Part shown: piece by piece, positions 26,004 through 35,441 of the stretch
Layout of the letters: every line of letters begins with the position of its first letter
How positions within the stretch are numbered: the first letter of the stretch is position 1
Virus record (IMG/VR): IMGVR_UViG_3300021961_000020
DNA length: 64,000 bases
Direction: 5' to 3' (one strand)
Source of the DNA: a virus
Translations under genes and position numbers: made by a program
Notes under the pieces: model-generated
Database searches by the model: none
Told to the model about the DNA's origin: nothing
Seen by the model: only the letters and a program-made list of their open reading frames with translations

Positions 26004-29000
26004 TCAAATATATGTAGGTTCTCCGTCCTGACCACCGTAGGTAACGATGCTGAGTTCTCCAAGATCTTCGAGGGCGGGGATACTATTATACACCCTCATG
26101 GTGAATCCGTTAACAGTTCTGTCACTGATTCTTAACTCAACGATACCGCCTGGGAATGCATTGATGCCACTTCCGATACCGATGACTGCATAGTCTGTAT
26201 CATTCATAGGATCAGCAAAGTTCACGGTGTAAATTCCAGTCGAAGTTTGAACAAGAGAACTGATGTTGTGGGAACGATCACCAGGAGTGTAGTCGTTGTT
26301 ACCAACACCCAGATTGCTGTTCATGTACCAGGAGGTAGCACGACCTTCAAACATTTGAGTATAGGTGCAAGTCTTAAGACCAGACAGGTTCTTGAACTCA
26401 CCGACTCTATTTACCTTGTGGAAATCATGGTTAAAGACCTGAACCGAGTTACCCATGTAACCCATTGTGGTTCCGATACCAGCACCATAGTACAGAAGTT
26501 GAGGAGTATTCTCAGTGACGGTGATTTCAGTATAACTTCCAGTCTCAGTTACATTGTCACTAAACTGGTTGGGAGATGTTGTACCAAAACCAACGCCGAG
26601 ACCATCAGGGGAATAGTAGAATCTGATCGGGAAGTTTGCTTGCTGCGCAGCATTCTCAAAACGATATACTTGACCGACTTCAAACCTCAAGTAAGGTGCT
26701 TCATAACCTTGGATGTTGATGGTGGAATCAGATCCAACACCAATGTAACGATGTCTAGAAGACTTTGTACCGAAAGTAACAGGCAGAGGCAGGTACGGAA
26801 GTCTAGACTCTGTGTAGAGGTTCTTAGCGGTGTCTGCTGCACCCGTCAGTGCGGAGAAACTAGAAACAGAAGCAAAGTTAGCATTCAATGCTTGAGTTGC
26901 AACGCCAGCGAACGATGCAAAGGTAGCAAGTCCAGCAACAACTGCCTCAGAAGCAATGCCAGCAAGAGTAGCACGAGGAACTTCATCGACTGCAATGGTA
27001 ACGATACCTGCAGAAACGGAAGAAACTGTAAGAGGACTGGTAAAGTTAATTGTACCAGCAGTACCAACTAAAGATCCATCTTCATTTACAATTACGCCAG
27101 ATCCAGCAGCAACAATGTTGGTTAACTGAGATCCATCTCCAATGAATCTAGGAGCGGTTACATCATTGTAAACTGTAATAGTTGCATTTGTAGAAATTCC
27201 AAGTGCCAATGAAGCCTGAGTTGCAGAATTTGCAAGCAAAGCATTAGTGGCAGATTGAGCATTTGTTGCAAGACCAGCAACAGTAGCGTAATCGGAATAA
27301 GTTGCTCTCTCGGGGATAAAGGATGGATCAAGATTGAGAGCGGTAGTAGCAAGACTTACCGAATCTGGACCAGTAATTGTGACAATACCAGCAGAGATTG
27401 GAGAAACTGTTAACTGACTTCCAAAATCAATTGTAGAAGCAGCACCAATAACAGAACCACTATCAAGAACCTCAACACCAGCACCGATAGCAGTGACTCC
27501 AGTCAGACCAGAACCATCACCGAAGAATTGTGCTGCAGTAATAATACCAGCTGTATTGACGCTAGCGACTGTGCCAACTCCACTAGGACCATCGTCAGCA
27601 GGTTTAGAGTATGCAACGAAAGAAACATTGGGTCTAGATGCTCTAATAAAGAGAGTCTGTCCAGTAGAAATACCAATGTTATCTACTTTAAAATCTTGAA
27701 GTGGTTGCAGACGAACACCGAAGACAATAAAGTCGGACGGTTTTACACTAGTGATGTCTCCAGATGCGATACCAACAGAAACAGCAGTCGGAGTATCGCC
27801 CCTGTTCGTGGCATGAACTGTTGCTAAACTGTTCTCAGTGGCATCAAGAATGGTCAATTCTCTATTGACATTGTTCGGGGGATCGTAACTAGAAGTCAAA
27901 GACTTGCTACGACCATGAACGAGAGCAGAATCTGCGGAAGTATTTCTAAAGAACTTAGTTGTATATGCAGAGAAGTTAATGCCAGGATCAAAAGAGTTGA
28001 CGAAGATCTTATCGCCAGGTTTCATTGCAATGTTTTCAAGATGAGTTGCCTGACCAGGAACAATCTCAATACCATAAGCAATGTAATCGCTGTCTAAGAA
28101 TCCAAAAGAACTAGAGAGTCCAACAGAATAGTTCGACTTAAGATTTGTTTTATTAGAAACAGTAACGGTAACCTCTACGAGTTCTGGTGCTTCAAAGAGA
28201 AGCACGGGAGTTACAACTCCACCTTGAAGACTCGTGACAAGATTTCTAGTTCTACCGAAAACATTATTATCAAATTGTAAAGTAGAAACTGTACGAGTAG
28301 GAGACCAATCAGAGGTACTTTCTACTAAAGAAGATCCATCGGCGTTACTTACATGTCTTACTCTGATGTAATAAGTTACTCCATAAAGAAGTGTTGCCTG
28401 TACTGTCTGTGTTTCAGCAGTACTGTTTTCTCCAACGGAGGACCAAACAGTGCTAGAGAAAGCAGGATCTTCAGATACTTCAAACTCGATTGCTTTAAGT
28501 GTACCCGATGCAGAAACTCCATTAAGAGGAGAATACGCACTAGATCTGAGGACAACGCCAGTAACATTATCAAGAACTATTCCTTCTATTGGATTTAAAA
28601 CTGTTGGTTGTATCGCACCAAATGCAGGGATATTAGTTCTAAACGAAGAAATACCAGAGAACTCAGATGTGTACGAAGTAAATGATGCGCCGTCAGCGTT
28701 AGAAATATGCTGAACCCTTACATAATAAGTTTGAGCGGAAGAAAGATCTACCTCTTGTACGATTTGAGTGTTATTGGTAGGAGTATCATAAACAATATTG
28801 TTAAAGGAAGAATCTGTAGAAACTTGGAATCTTACCTTCTTCAAGGTTCCAGATTCATATGCACCACCGACAGGAGTATATGCACTGGAAGTAAGAGCGA
28901 TACCAGCCCTGAATACACCATCGCTAGCAACACCAACAATGCTAGGAGTGCTAATGCCGCCAGCAGTTGTTCCAATCGCTGCAGTTGGATTTAGATATGC

Positions 29001-30953
29001 TTGATTAGTAGGAGCATTGCCAAGGTTATATACCTGCGTGTGGAACAGGTAATTTGTCTCTGGGTACTGAGCATAAGGATATTGATCCCAAAGAGTTGCA
29101 GATGCATTTCTACTTCCACCATCTCCAGTGACTGTACTCAACCAGTTCTTAACATCCCTAGAAGTAGCACTGGGGAATCTTTGCAGATAACATGCGAGTA
29201 AACCTGCAACTACAGGAGAAGCGGCGGATGTTCCGTTGAAGTATGCATCGTAATGGTTGTAACCATACTCAGCAAAAGAATTGTATCTATAGTAATCTTG
29301 GTATCCAGAGGTAGGAGATCCTGCTGCAAGCATGTCATCGGCAGGAGCCCACACATCGATGCCAGGACCGTAGTTGGAGTAAGATGCCTTTCTTTCTTTC
29401 GGTCCACTATTATACTGAACATAATCATCAAGAGCACCAACAGTAATAACAGGATAGAACTCATCGTATCCAGTAATAACTGGAACAAGTGGATCACTAT
29501 CATCAATAATTGGAGTAGCAGTGTATCCGACACCCATCGGATTCATCCACTCCTTGCTTCCCATCGGGCACATATATTGCCCATAGTTGGTAAACTCAGG
29601 GCGAGTATCTCTGACAAAGTACCATCTATCGTCGCAAGCATCAAGTCTAGAAGGATCATCAGTACCAACACCAATTCTCTGGTCATTGTTACCAGCAGCA
29701 CAAACATGGATGACTCCTTCATCCATCATTTCTTTTCCTGCTGCATCAATTGCTGCACTTCTAGCAGAAGATGTCCAAGAACGATATGCTCCGCTAACTT
29801 GGTTGTTGAAACCATAGACTACAGTTCTAGCATCAATAGGATTGGTGGGATAACCGTAGTTAAAGTAGAGATAGTTTTGTGTTCCTCTCCACCTAGTATA
29901 GTGACTATTATATGCTCTAGCAGCAGCTTGATAACCCCAACTACTATTAACGATCGTTGGTTTCTTTACTCCAAGAGTAGGATCTACTGGTTTATGTCTG
30001 TGGAATAATTTAACCAGATCATAAGCTTCTTCTTGACCAAGACCAACATTACCAGATACTGTAGGTACGGACCAAATGAGTGACTTAAATGCTAAACCAA
30101 ATGCCTTACCTGCAGCAACAGAGGCAGCAGCAGTACCATGACCACTAGTTAAGTTTACATAAGAACTTCTGCCCATACCTGCTCTATCAGCAGTGTAAGA
30201 ACCATTATTGATATTAACTGTACCGATGCTTGCAAACTGGGAGGATCTTTGTGAAGAAAATTCCCACCACTCAATCGCCTTATCGGTGGCAATACCAGTG
30301 ACTCCATCCCATCTAGTGTAGGTATAGTTATTGGTTACGGTAAACCAAGTAGGGTCGATGAGCAGAGGACCATCAAGAACAATGTCTCTTACTCTGCTTG
30401 TTCCATCATCATTTCTAAACTCTGGGTGTGCCGCGAAAACACCAGAGTCCATGACAACAATGTCAACATTGCTGCCATCGTAGACATACTCATAGGCAAC
30501 TCCATCAGGACTGATCTGTTGAGGAGCGATGTACCCATAAATGTTATTGGGATGAGCATCTCCATAAGTGGAGAATCCAGTTCTATATACACCCCAGTTT
30601 GTTCTATTAACTTCCCCAATGGTGCTACCAATACTGGTAATATATCGATATGTCTTTACTTTATCTCCACCAAATCTATCCTGAACAGTGGCATGAACAG
30701 GTTCAGGATACAACTCGGGGTTATCCCTATGAGACAACTCAATCCATGCAATATCAGGATGATTGGCAAGTGTATCTGCTTCCTCTTCCGTTAACTCGTA
30801 AGTAGAACGAGTTGGACTATGATCTTTTGAGTTAGTGCAGCAGACATGACGATCAGGTACACATTCCTCACATGAAGAGAAGGTGAGGAGATTATGAATT
30901 CTATGCCATGCTTCAGGGCTGGTTGCACTAATGGTATATCTCTTGAGAGTCAT
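26004..30953 (-). CDS. Large fibre-like virion protein with an N-terminal subtilisin (S8) protease domain
   Basis: VDIVVMDSG (Asp), SGHGTAAASVAAG (His), AAGN (oxyanion), FNGTSAASPVVAG (Ser); duplicated Ig/FN3-like repeats; F.GDGS.LT fibre repeats; TAAATA at 30984-30990. Confidence 0.8.
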   Translation of the reverse strand: MTLKRYTISATSPEAWHRIHNLLTFSSCEECVPDRHVCCTNSKDHSPTRSTYELTEEEADTLANHPDIAWIELSHRDNPELYPEPVHATVQDRFGGDKVKTYRYITSIGSTIGEVNRTNWGVYRTGFSTYGDAHPNNIYGYIAPQQISPDGVAYEYVYDGSNVDIVVMDSGVFAAHPEFRNDDGTSRVRDIVLDGPLLIDPTWFTVTNNYTYTRWDGVTGIATDKAIEWWEFSSQRSSQFASIGTVNINNGSYTADRAGMGRSSYVNLTSGHGTAAASVAAGKAFGLAFKSLIWSVPTVSGNVGLGQEEAYDLVKLFHRHKPVDPTLGVKKPTIVNSSWGYQAAARAYNSHYTRWRGTQNYLYFNYGYPTNPIDARTVVYGFNNQVSGAYRSWTSSARSAAIDAAGKEMMDEGVIHVCAAGNNDQRIGVGTDDPSRLDACDDRWYFVRDTRPEFTNYGQYMCPMGSKEWMNPMGVGYTATPIIDDSDPLVPVITGYDEFYPVITVGALDDYVQYNSGPKERKASYSNYGPGIDVWAPADDMLAAGSPTSGYQDYYRYNSFAEYGYNHYDAYFNGTSAASPVVAGLLACYLQRFPSATSRDVKNWLSTVTGDGGSRNASATLWDQYPYAQYPETNYLFHTQVYNLGNAPTNQAYLNPTAAIGTTAGGISTPSIVGVASDGVFRAGIALTSSAYTPVGGAYESGTLKKVRFQVSTDSSFNNIVYDTPTNNTQIVQEVDLSSAQTYYVRVQHISNADGASFTSYTSEFSGISSFRTNIPAFGAIQPTVLNPIEGIVLDNVTGVVLRSSAYSPLNGVSASGTLKAIEFEVSEDPAFSSTVWSSVGENSTAETQTVQATLLYGVTYYIRVRHVSNADGSSLVESTSDWSPTRTVSTLQFDNNVFGRTRNLVTSLQGGVVTPVLLFEAPELVEVTVTVSNKTNLKSNYSVGLSSSFGFLDSDYIAYGIEIVPGQATHLENIAMKPGDKIFVNSFDPGINFSAYTTKFFRNTSADSALVHGRSKSLTSSYDPPNNVNRELTILDATENSLATVHATNRGDTPTAVSVGIASGDITSVKPSDFIVFGVRLQPLQDFKVDNIGISTGQTLFIRASRPNVSFVAYSKPADDGPSGVGTVASVNTAGIITAAQFFGDGSGLTGVTAIGAGVEVLDSGSVIGAASTIDFGSQLTVSPISAGIVTITGPDSVSLATTALNLDPSFIPERATYSDYATVAGLATNAQSATNALLANSATQASLALGISTNATITVYNDVTAPRFIGDGSQLTNIVAAGSGVIVNEDGSLVGTAGTINFTSPLTVSSVSAGIVTIAVDEVPRATLAGIASEAVVAGLATFASFAGVATQALNANFASVSSFSALTGAADTAKNLYTESRLPYLPLPVTFGTKSSRHRYIGVGSDSTINIQGYEAPYLRFEVGQVYRFENAAQQANFPIRFYYSPDGLGVGFGTTSPNQFSDNVTETGSYTEITVTENTPQLLYYGAGIGTTMGYMGNSVQVFNHDFHKVNRVGEFKNLSGLKTCTYTQMFEGRATSWYMNSNLGVGNNDYTPGDRSHNISSLVQTSTGIYTVNFADPMNDTDYAVIGIGSGINAFPGGIVELRISDRTVNGFTMRVYNSIPALEDLGELSIVTYGGQDGEPTYI

Positions 30954-31024
30954 GTCTGCGACACTATAAGGGCACCTTTTTTATATTTAGGTATGGTAGA
31001 ATATATAGTAAAAAGAGTCTTGCT

Positions 31025-31816
31025 ATGAACATCGTCACTGGTGCCAACGGTTTTATTGGCAAACACTTTGTCAAATCTATGGACAATGTGTTGGAAATTG
31101 ATCTCGATAATTGCGAAGAATTTCTAGAGCGTTTCACCCGTTGGGAAGATGTGGATATGATTATCCATATGGGAGCATTGTCATCCACAACGGAGAAGAA
31201 TGTTGGAATGATCTACAAATATAATATTGATTATAGCATTAGACTTTTTGAGAAAGCAATCAAGCATGGCATCCCTGTGAAGTATGCCTCGTCTGCTTCA
31301 GTGTATGGTAACCAAGATGGTGTTATCAATCCTCTTAATTATTATGCCCTGTCTAAGATTACTGTGGACTATTGGGTGAAAGAAAACATGGACCGTTTCT
31401 CTCATGTGCAGGGGTTCAGATTCTTTAATGTGTATGGCAGCGGAGAGACCCACAAGGGCGATCAGGCAAGTCTTGTAAGCAAGTTTAACTGGCAGTCCCA
31501 AACAGGTAGGATCCACCCCTTTGCAGACTCTTCTAAGGTGTGGAGAGACTATGTATGGGTGGGAGATATTGTTAATGTTGTTCTGTCTAACAATGCGGGC
31601 AGCGGTATCTTTGATCTTGGTACTGGCGAACCCATCACCATCCAAATGGTTGCGGATTTGATTGCACAAAAAACAAAGGCTGTAGTGGAAGAAGTTCCCT
31701 TTCCACCCAACCTTATCGGCAAGTATCAGTTTTACACCAAGGCAGACATGTCCTGGTTAGATTATAAGTTTAAGACAGTAGAAGAATATGTCAATCGCCA
31801 GCGTGAATTCGAATAG
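31025..31816 (+). CDS. hldD: ADP-L-glycero-D-manno-heptose 6-epimerase-like NAD-dependent epimerase
   Basis: GANGFIG, HMGA.SSTTE, YASSASVYG, YALSK, FRFFNVYG..E.HKG..AS. Confidence 0.85.
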   Translation: MNIVTGANGFIGKHFVKSMDNVLEIDLDNCEEFLERFTRWEDVDMIIHMGALSSTTEKNVGMIYKYNIDYSIRLFEKAIKHGIPVKYASSASVYGNQDGVINPLNYYALSKITVDYWVKENMDRFSHVQGFRFFNVYGSGETHKGDQASLVSKFNWQSQTGRIHPFADSSKVWRDYVWVGDIVNVVLSNNAGSGIFDLGTGEPITIQMVADLIAQKTKAVVEEVPFPPNLIGKYQFYTKADMSWLDYKFKTVEEYVNRQREFE

Positions 31817-32171
31817 AATCTGAGTCAAAGTGTTGCGTTGAGAACTCAAACAATTCGGAGTCTTCCAACGCAACCATCTGATGTCTGAGACCTACAGGAA
31901 TATGAAACTTATCTCCTGGTTCTAGAACCAGAGTCTCAGCATCTTCAAGACCGTCCACCTCTCCATAGAACAATAAGATGAGACCACTTTGTAAGTAAAA
32001 GGTCTCATCTTTTATATTATGATAGTGCCAAGAACATCTCTTTCCTTTCTCAAAGAAGAGAAGTTTGCCACAGTACTGTTCATTATTTACAATCCACTTC
32101 TCGTATCCCCAACCTTTGGGAACCTCTTTAATAGTCTGAGAAGAATTCATTTGCATTGACTCCCTTATCAT
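31791..32171 (-). CDS. Cupin (sugar isomerase-like)
   Basis: KGWGYE.WI.N...YCGKLL, CSWHYH..KDETFY, H.M.A. Confidence 0.8.
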   Translation of the reverse strand: MIRESMQMNSSQTIKEVPKGWGYEKWIVNNEQYCGKLLFFEKGKRCSWHYHNIKDETFYLQSGLILLFYGEVDGLEDAETLVLEPGDKFHIPVGLRHQMVALEDSELFEFSTQHFDSDSIRIHAGD

Positions 32172-32460
32172 CTATGTAGTAATCACCCGATGGTTTTCCT
32201 AGGTGAAGTTCATGAAACTTACAACCCCATTCTTTAAGTTGATTGTATGTAAAGTCATAGAAATTATTATGAGAAAGCATGCGAGAGTTTTTAAACCTTC
32301 CCATACCTCTTGCTGTAAGATAGGTAATGTAATGCCCCTCATCATATAGTTGATTAATTCTATCAATTCTTTCTTGGATGGGGGCAGCACCAGTATACCT
32401 AGTTTCGTCAGTAGATCCAGGAGTACAGATAGTACCATCTATGTCAATAGTATATCTCAT
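32128..32460 (-). CDS. HAD-family phosphatase
   Basis: DIDGT motif I, TAR, GKP..DYYIDDK. Confidence 0.85.
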   Translation of the reverse strand: MRYTIDIDGTICTPGSTDETRYTGAAPIQERIDRINQLYDEGHYITYLTARGMGRFKNSRMLSHNNFYDFTYNQLKEWGCKFHELHLGKPSGDYYIDDKGVNANEFFSDY

Positions 32461-34292
32461 TCGGAATCATCCACTAAACTATAGTTAATCTTCCCTCTTT
32501 TACCAGCGTTTGAATTTTCTGAGATGTACAGCATCTTTTTTTGGTTGGGGAAGTAAGTGTATTCTAATTCCGATCTTTGCAAAGTTTCAATCACATCATC
32601 AACTGTTTCACAAATAGTATCTCCACCTAGATTAAATGAAGTATTAAGTAGCATTGGAATACCAGTTCTCTTGTAAAACTCTTCGATCAAATCATAGTAA
32701 TTTTTATTCTGTTCTCTAGATACTGTTTGAATTCTACAAGTTTTATCGACATGCAAAACTCCAGGAATTTTATCCCAAACTTTCTCATGAGCATTGACGG
32801 CAAACATCATGAATGGACTTTCATCAAGACCACGCATATCAAACCAGTCATGAACATGATCTAATAGTACGGATGCTGCAAAGGGTCTCCATAACTCACG
32901 ACCTTTCTTTTTGTTCATTATAAGTTGTGCATTTGGATTCCTAGGATCAAATAACAATGATCTATTACCAAGAGCACGAGGTCCCTGTTCGGATCTCCCC
33001 TGAAAGATTCCTACTGGATTACCATTCTCAATAACATCAACTACTTCAGAAAGAGTTGTGTCATACGCGCTTTCTGGAATATCATGTTGTCTTTCAATTC
33101 CAAGATACAAAGATTTCAAAGGATAAATTTCCTTTGATTGTGTATGCTGTCTCCATTCAAGCATTGCTTGACCAGCAGATAAACCAGCATCATAACAAAT
33201 TGGTTCCACAAACAACTTACCACCTTCAGGCAAATACTTTAGATACTCATAGTTAGCAACACAATTTAGAGCACACCCACCAGTCAGAACAATGTTCTTA
33301 CATCCAGTAAGTTCCACTGCCTTTTTAATGAGATCAATCATATAAGACTCAAAGTCTTTTTGCATCCTGTAAGCAAGATCACAATTAACAGAAAATTTAA
33401 TTCTAGGATCCTCAACTTGATCTGGAGCAGTAAGTGCTGGACCTGATCTAACTATATCATTTTCATCTCTACTACATCTCTTCACACCATCATTGTATAG
33501 TTTATATAAATCTATTTTTCCTTCAGGGTAAATGTATTCATAGTAATCGATCAGTACTCCATTAGAAACTCTAACAAATAATTCTTCATTAACTTCTCCG
33601 TTAATTACAAATGGTTTTATGTTTGGATTATCCTTTCCATATGGAGCGAGTCCCATTGTCTTTCCAGACGCAGTATAATTAAATCCAATGTATTCACTAG
33701 CAGCAGCATAAGCCATACCAATTCCAGTGGTAGGATTTTCTACTTGCTCTTCGGTTTCAATAAAAACTGGCGCATATCTTTGATGTAGCAATTCAAAGTT
33801 GCATGGATAGGATGCTTTATAAATGCTTTCTACCTCATGACCACCACCAATAATTGCTCCAGCACCATCCACAACTACAACTGCCGCTTCTTCAAATCCA
33901 GAGTTATAGAATCCAATAGATGCGTGAGAAAGATGGTGTTGGTTTTGAAATGATTTGCATTTATACTTATTTTTTCTCATAACTTTTGATGCTACAAGAA
34001 GACAGATATCGATGGAATCATCGACCATCTTCTTCTCCATTGGTATCTCAATGGTAGTATAAGCAATCAAAGAGTCTTTAGAAATAAATGCGTTGCCATA
34101 TAAAAGCGACAACAAAGGATATGAATCATGCTTTCTATGGCTAAGTCTTTCTTCCTCAATCATCCATTTGACTTTACCGTCTACAAGATAGCAAACAGAT
34201 GCATCGTGAGCAATATTCATAGAAAAAATACTATTCACATTTTCTGGCAAAATTTTTACAGCAGACTGATTTTGTAAGGAGATTTCTTTCAT
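32457..34292 (-). CDS. O-carbamoyltransferase (NodU family), copy 2
   Basis: HHLSHA, DGAG, GKTMGLAPYG, GGCALNCVAN, GPRALGNRS, LNTSFN. Confidence 0.92.
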   Translation of the reverse strand: MKEISLQNQSAVKILPENVNSIFSMNIAHDASVCYLVDGKVKWMIEEERLSHRKHDSYPLLSLLYGNAFISKDSLIAYTTIEIPMEKKMVDDSIDICLLVASKVMRKNKYKCKSFQNQHHLSHASIGFYNSGFEEAAVVVVDGAGAIIGGGHEVESIYKASYPCNFELLHQRYAPVFIETEEQVENPTTGIGMAYAAASEYIGFNYTASGKTMGLAPYGKDNPNIKPFVINGEVNEELFVRVSNGVLIDYYEYIYPEGKIDLYKLYNDGVKRCSRDENDIVRSGPALTAPDQVEDPRIKFSVNCDLAYRMQKDFESYMIDLIKKAVELTGCKNIVLTGGCALNCVANYEYLKYLPEGGKLFVEPICYDAGLSAGQAMLEWRQHTQSKEIYPLKSLYLGIERQHDIPESAYDTTLSEVVDVIENGNPVGIFQGRSEQGPRALGNRSLLFDPRNPNAQLIMNKKKGRELWRPFAASVLLDHVHDWFDMRGLDESPFMMFAVNAHEKVWDKIPGVLHVDKTCRIQTVSREQNKNYYDLIEEFYKRTGIPMLLNTSFNLGGDTICETVDDVIETLQRSELEYTYFPNQKKMLYISENSNAGKRGKINYSLVDDSE

Positions 34293-35083
34293 GAGTTCAA
34301 AATAGAATCAACATCTTCCATGGTCATAGTGTATGTACCAGGATTTTGAACGGCAATTGCAGCTGCTCTATTTGCAAAAGCAATTGCTTCTTCCATGACT
34401 GGAAGTTGAATGTGATAAAACACAAGGGCAGCGAGAAAGGTATCACCTGCGCCAGACACATCGAACACACGCTCAATTTCTTTTACAGGATATTGAGTCT
34501 TGTTCCAGATGCATCCATTAGCACCCATGGTTACAATTAAGTTAGTAGCTTTGGGGATAGTATTAGGATCTAATGCTTCAAATTCTTTTTGATTAATCTT
34601 GTAGATGACATTATCATATTCAGACAGGAGTCTGGTTGCTTTCGTATCTACAAATACTTTGATCTTAGGATTTCTACTGGCGACATATGAAATAACTTCA
34701 GAAACATTAAGAAACCCTTTGTTATAATCGGAGATTACAATGGCATCATAGATCTCATGCATCAATGCCATCTGAAGTTGTGCCTGATGGATTGGTTTTA
34801 TATCAGGTTCTTCATCTACACGAACGATCTGCTGATTAGTACGCTCATCAATGTATCTTGTCTTAGTAATCTTCTCTTTATTAGTTACGAAGTTTACATT
34901 AATACCAAGAGACTTTAAATTTTCACAGACATTGCCTGCCATACCAGGAGCAGATTGCTTCTGACGATGCTTAAGAACAGGTACGGGTGCCTCTGGACTC
35001 AAGCGATTGCATGATCCATAAATCCATTCATCGGTACAACTATCCCCGATCAATAATACATTGTATTGTCTTGCTAGTCGCAT
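34289..35083 (-). CDS. hldA: Heptose-7-phosphate kinase (HldE/RfaE domain I, PfkB family)
   Basis: IGD...D..IYG...RLSPEAPVPV, SDYNKG, DVSGAGDTF. Confidence 0.88.
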   Translation of the reverse strand: MRLARQYNVLLIGDSCTDEWIYGSCNRLSPEAPVPVLKHRQKQSAPGMAGNVCENLKSLGINVNFVTNKEKITKTRYIDERTNQQIVRVDEEPDIKPIHQAQLQMALMHEIYDAIVISDYNKGFLNVSEVISYVASRNPKIKVFVDTKATRLLSEYDNVIYKINQKEFEALDPNTIPKATNLIVTMGANGCIWNKTQYPVKEIERVFDVSGAGDTFLAALVFYHIQLPVMEEAIAFANRAAAIAVQNPGTYTMTMEDVDSILNS

Positions 35084-35441
35084 AGTCTTCTAATCTATCA
35101 AAGAATTTTAATTCTGCTGAGTGCATCGACCCAATGACTGTCTTTCCTTTCCAGTCAGATCCTACTACCATTATATCAGGTTGTATGGTTTTAACCAAGT
35201 CTTCTAATTCTTGATCGCTGGAAAAAGAAAGTACTTTGTCTACAGTTTTGAGAGACTGTAACATTATGATTCTATCTATGCATGAATTAATAGGTCTTGT
35301 CGGACCTTTCATCTCCTTCACCCTACTATCGGTATCGATAGCAACGATAACCTCATCGCCAAGAGACCTTGCATAAGAAAGAAGTGCAAGGTGCCCACGA
35401 TGAAGGATATCAAATGTACCGTTGACAAATACTCTAGTCAT
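35040..35441 (-). CDS. hldC: Heptose-1-phosphate adenylyltransferase (HldE/RfaE domain II, cytidylyltransferase fold)
   Basis: NGTFDILHRGH, D..V..MKG..RPIN, G.DW. Confidence 0.8.
   Translation of the reverse strand: MTRVFVNGTFDILHRGHLALLSYARSLGDEVIVAIDTDSRVKEMKGPTRPINSCIDRIIMLQSLKTVDKVLSFSSDQELEDLVKTIQPDIMVVGSDWKGKTVIGSMHSAELKFFDRLEDYATSKTIQCIIDRG

Noticed and set aside
26247-30008. Several + strand ORFs opposite the S8 fibre gene
   Set aside because: Shadow ORFs
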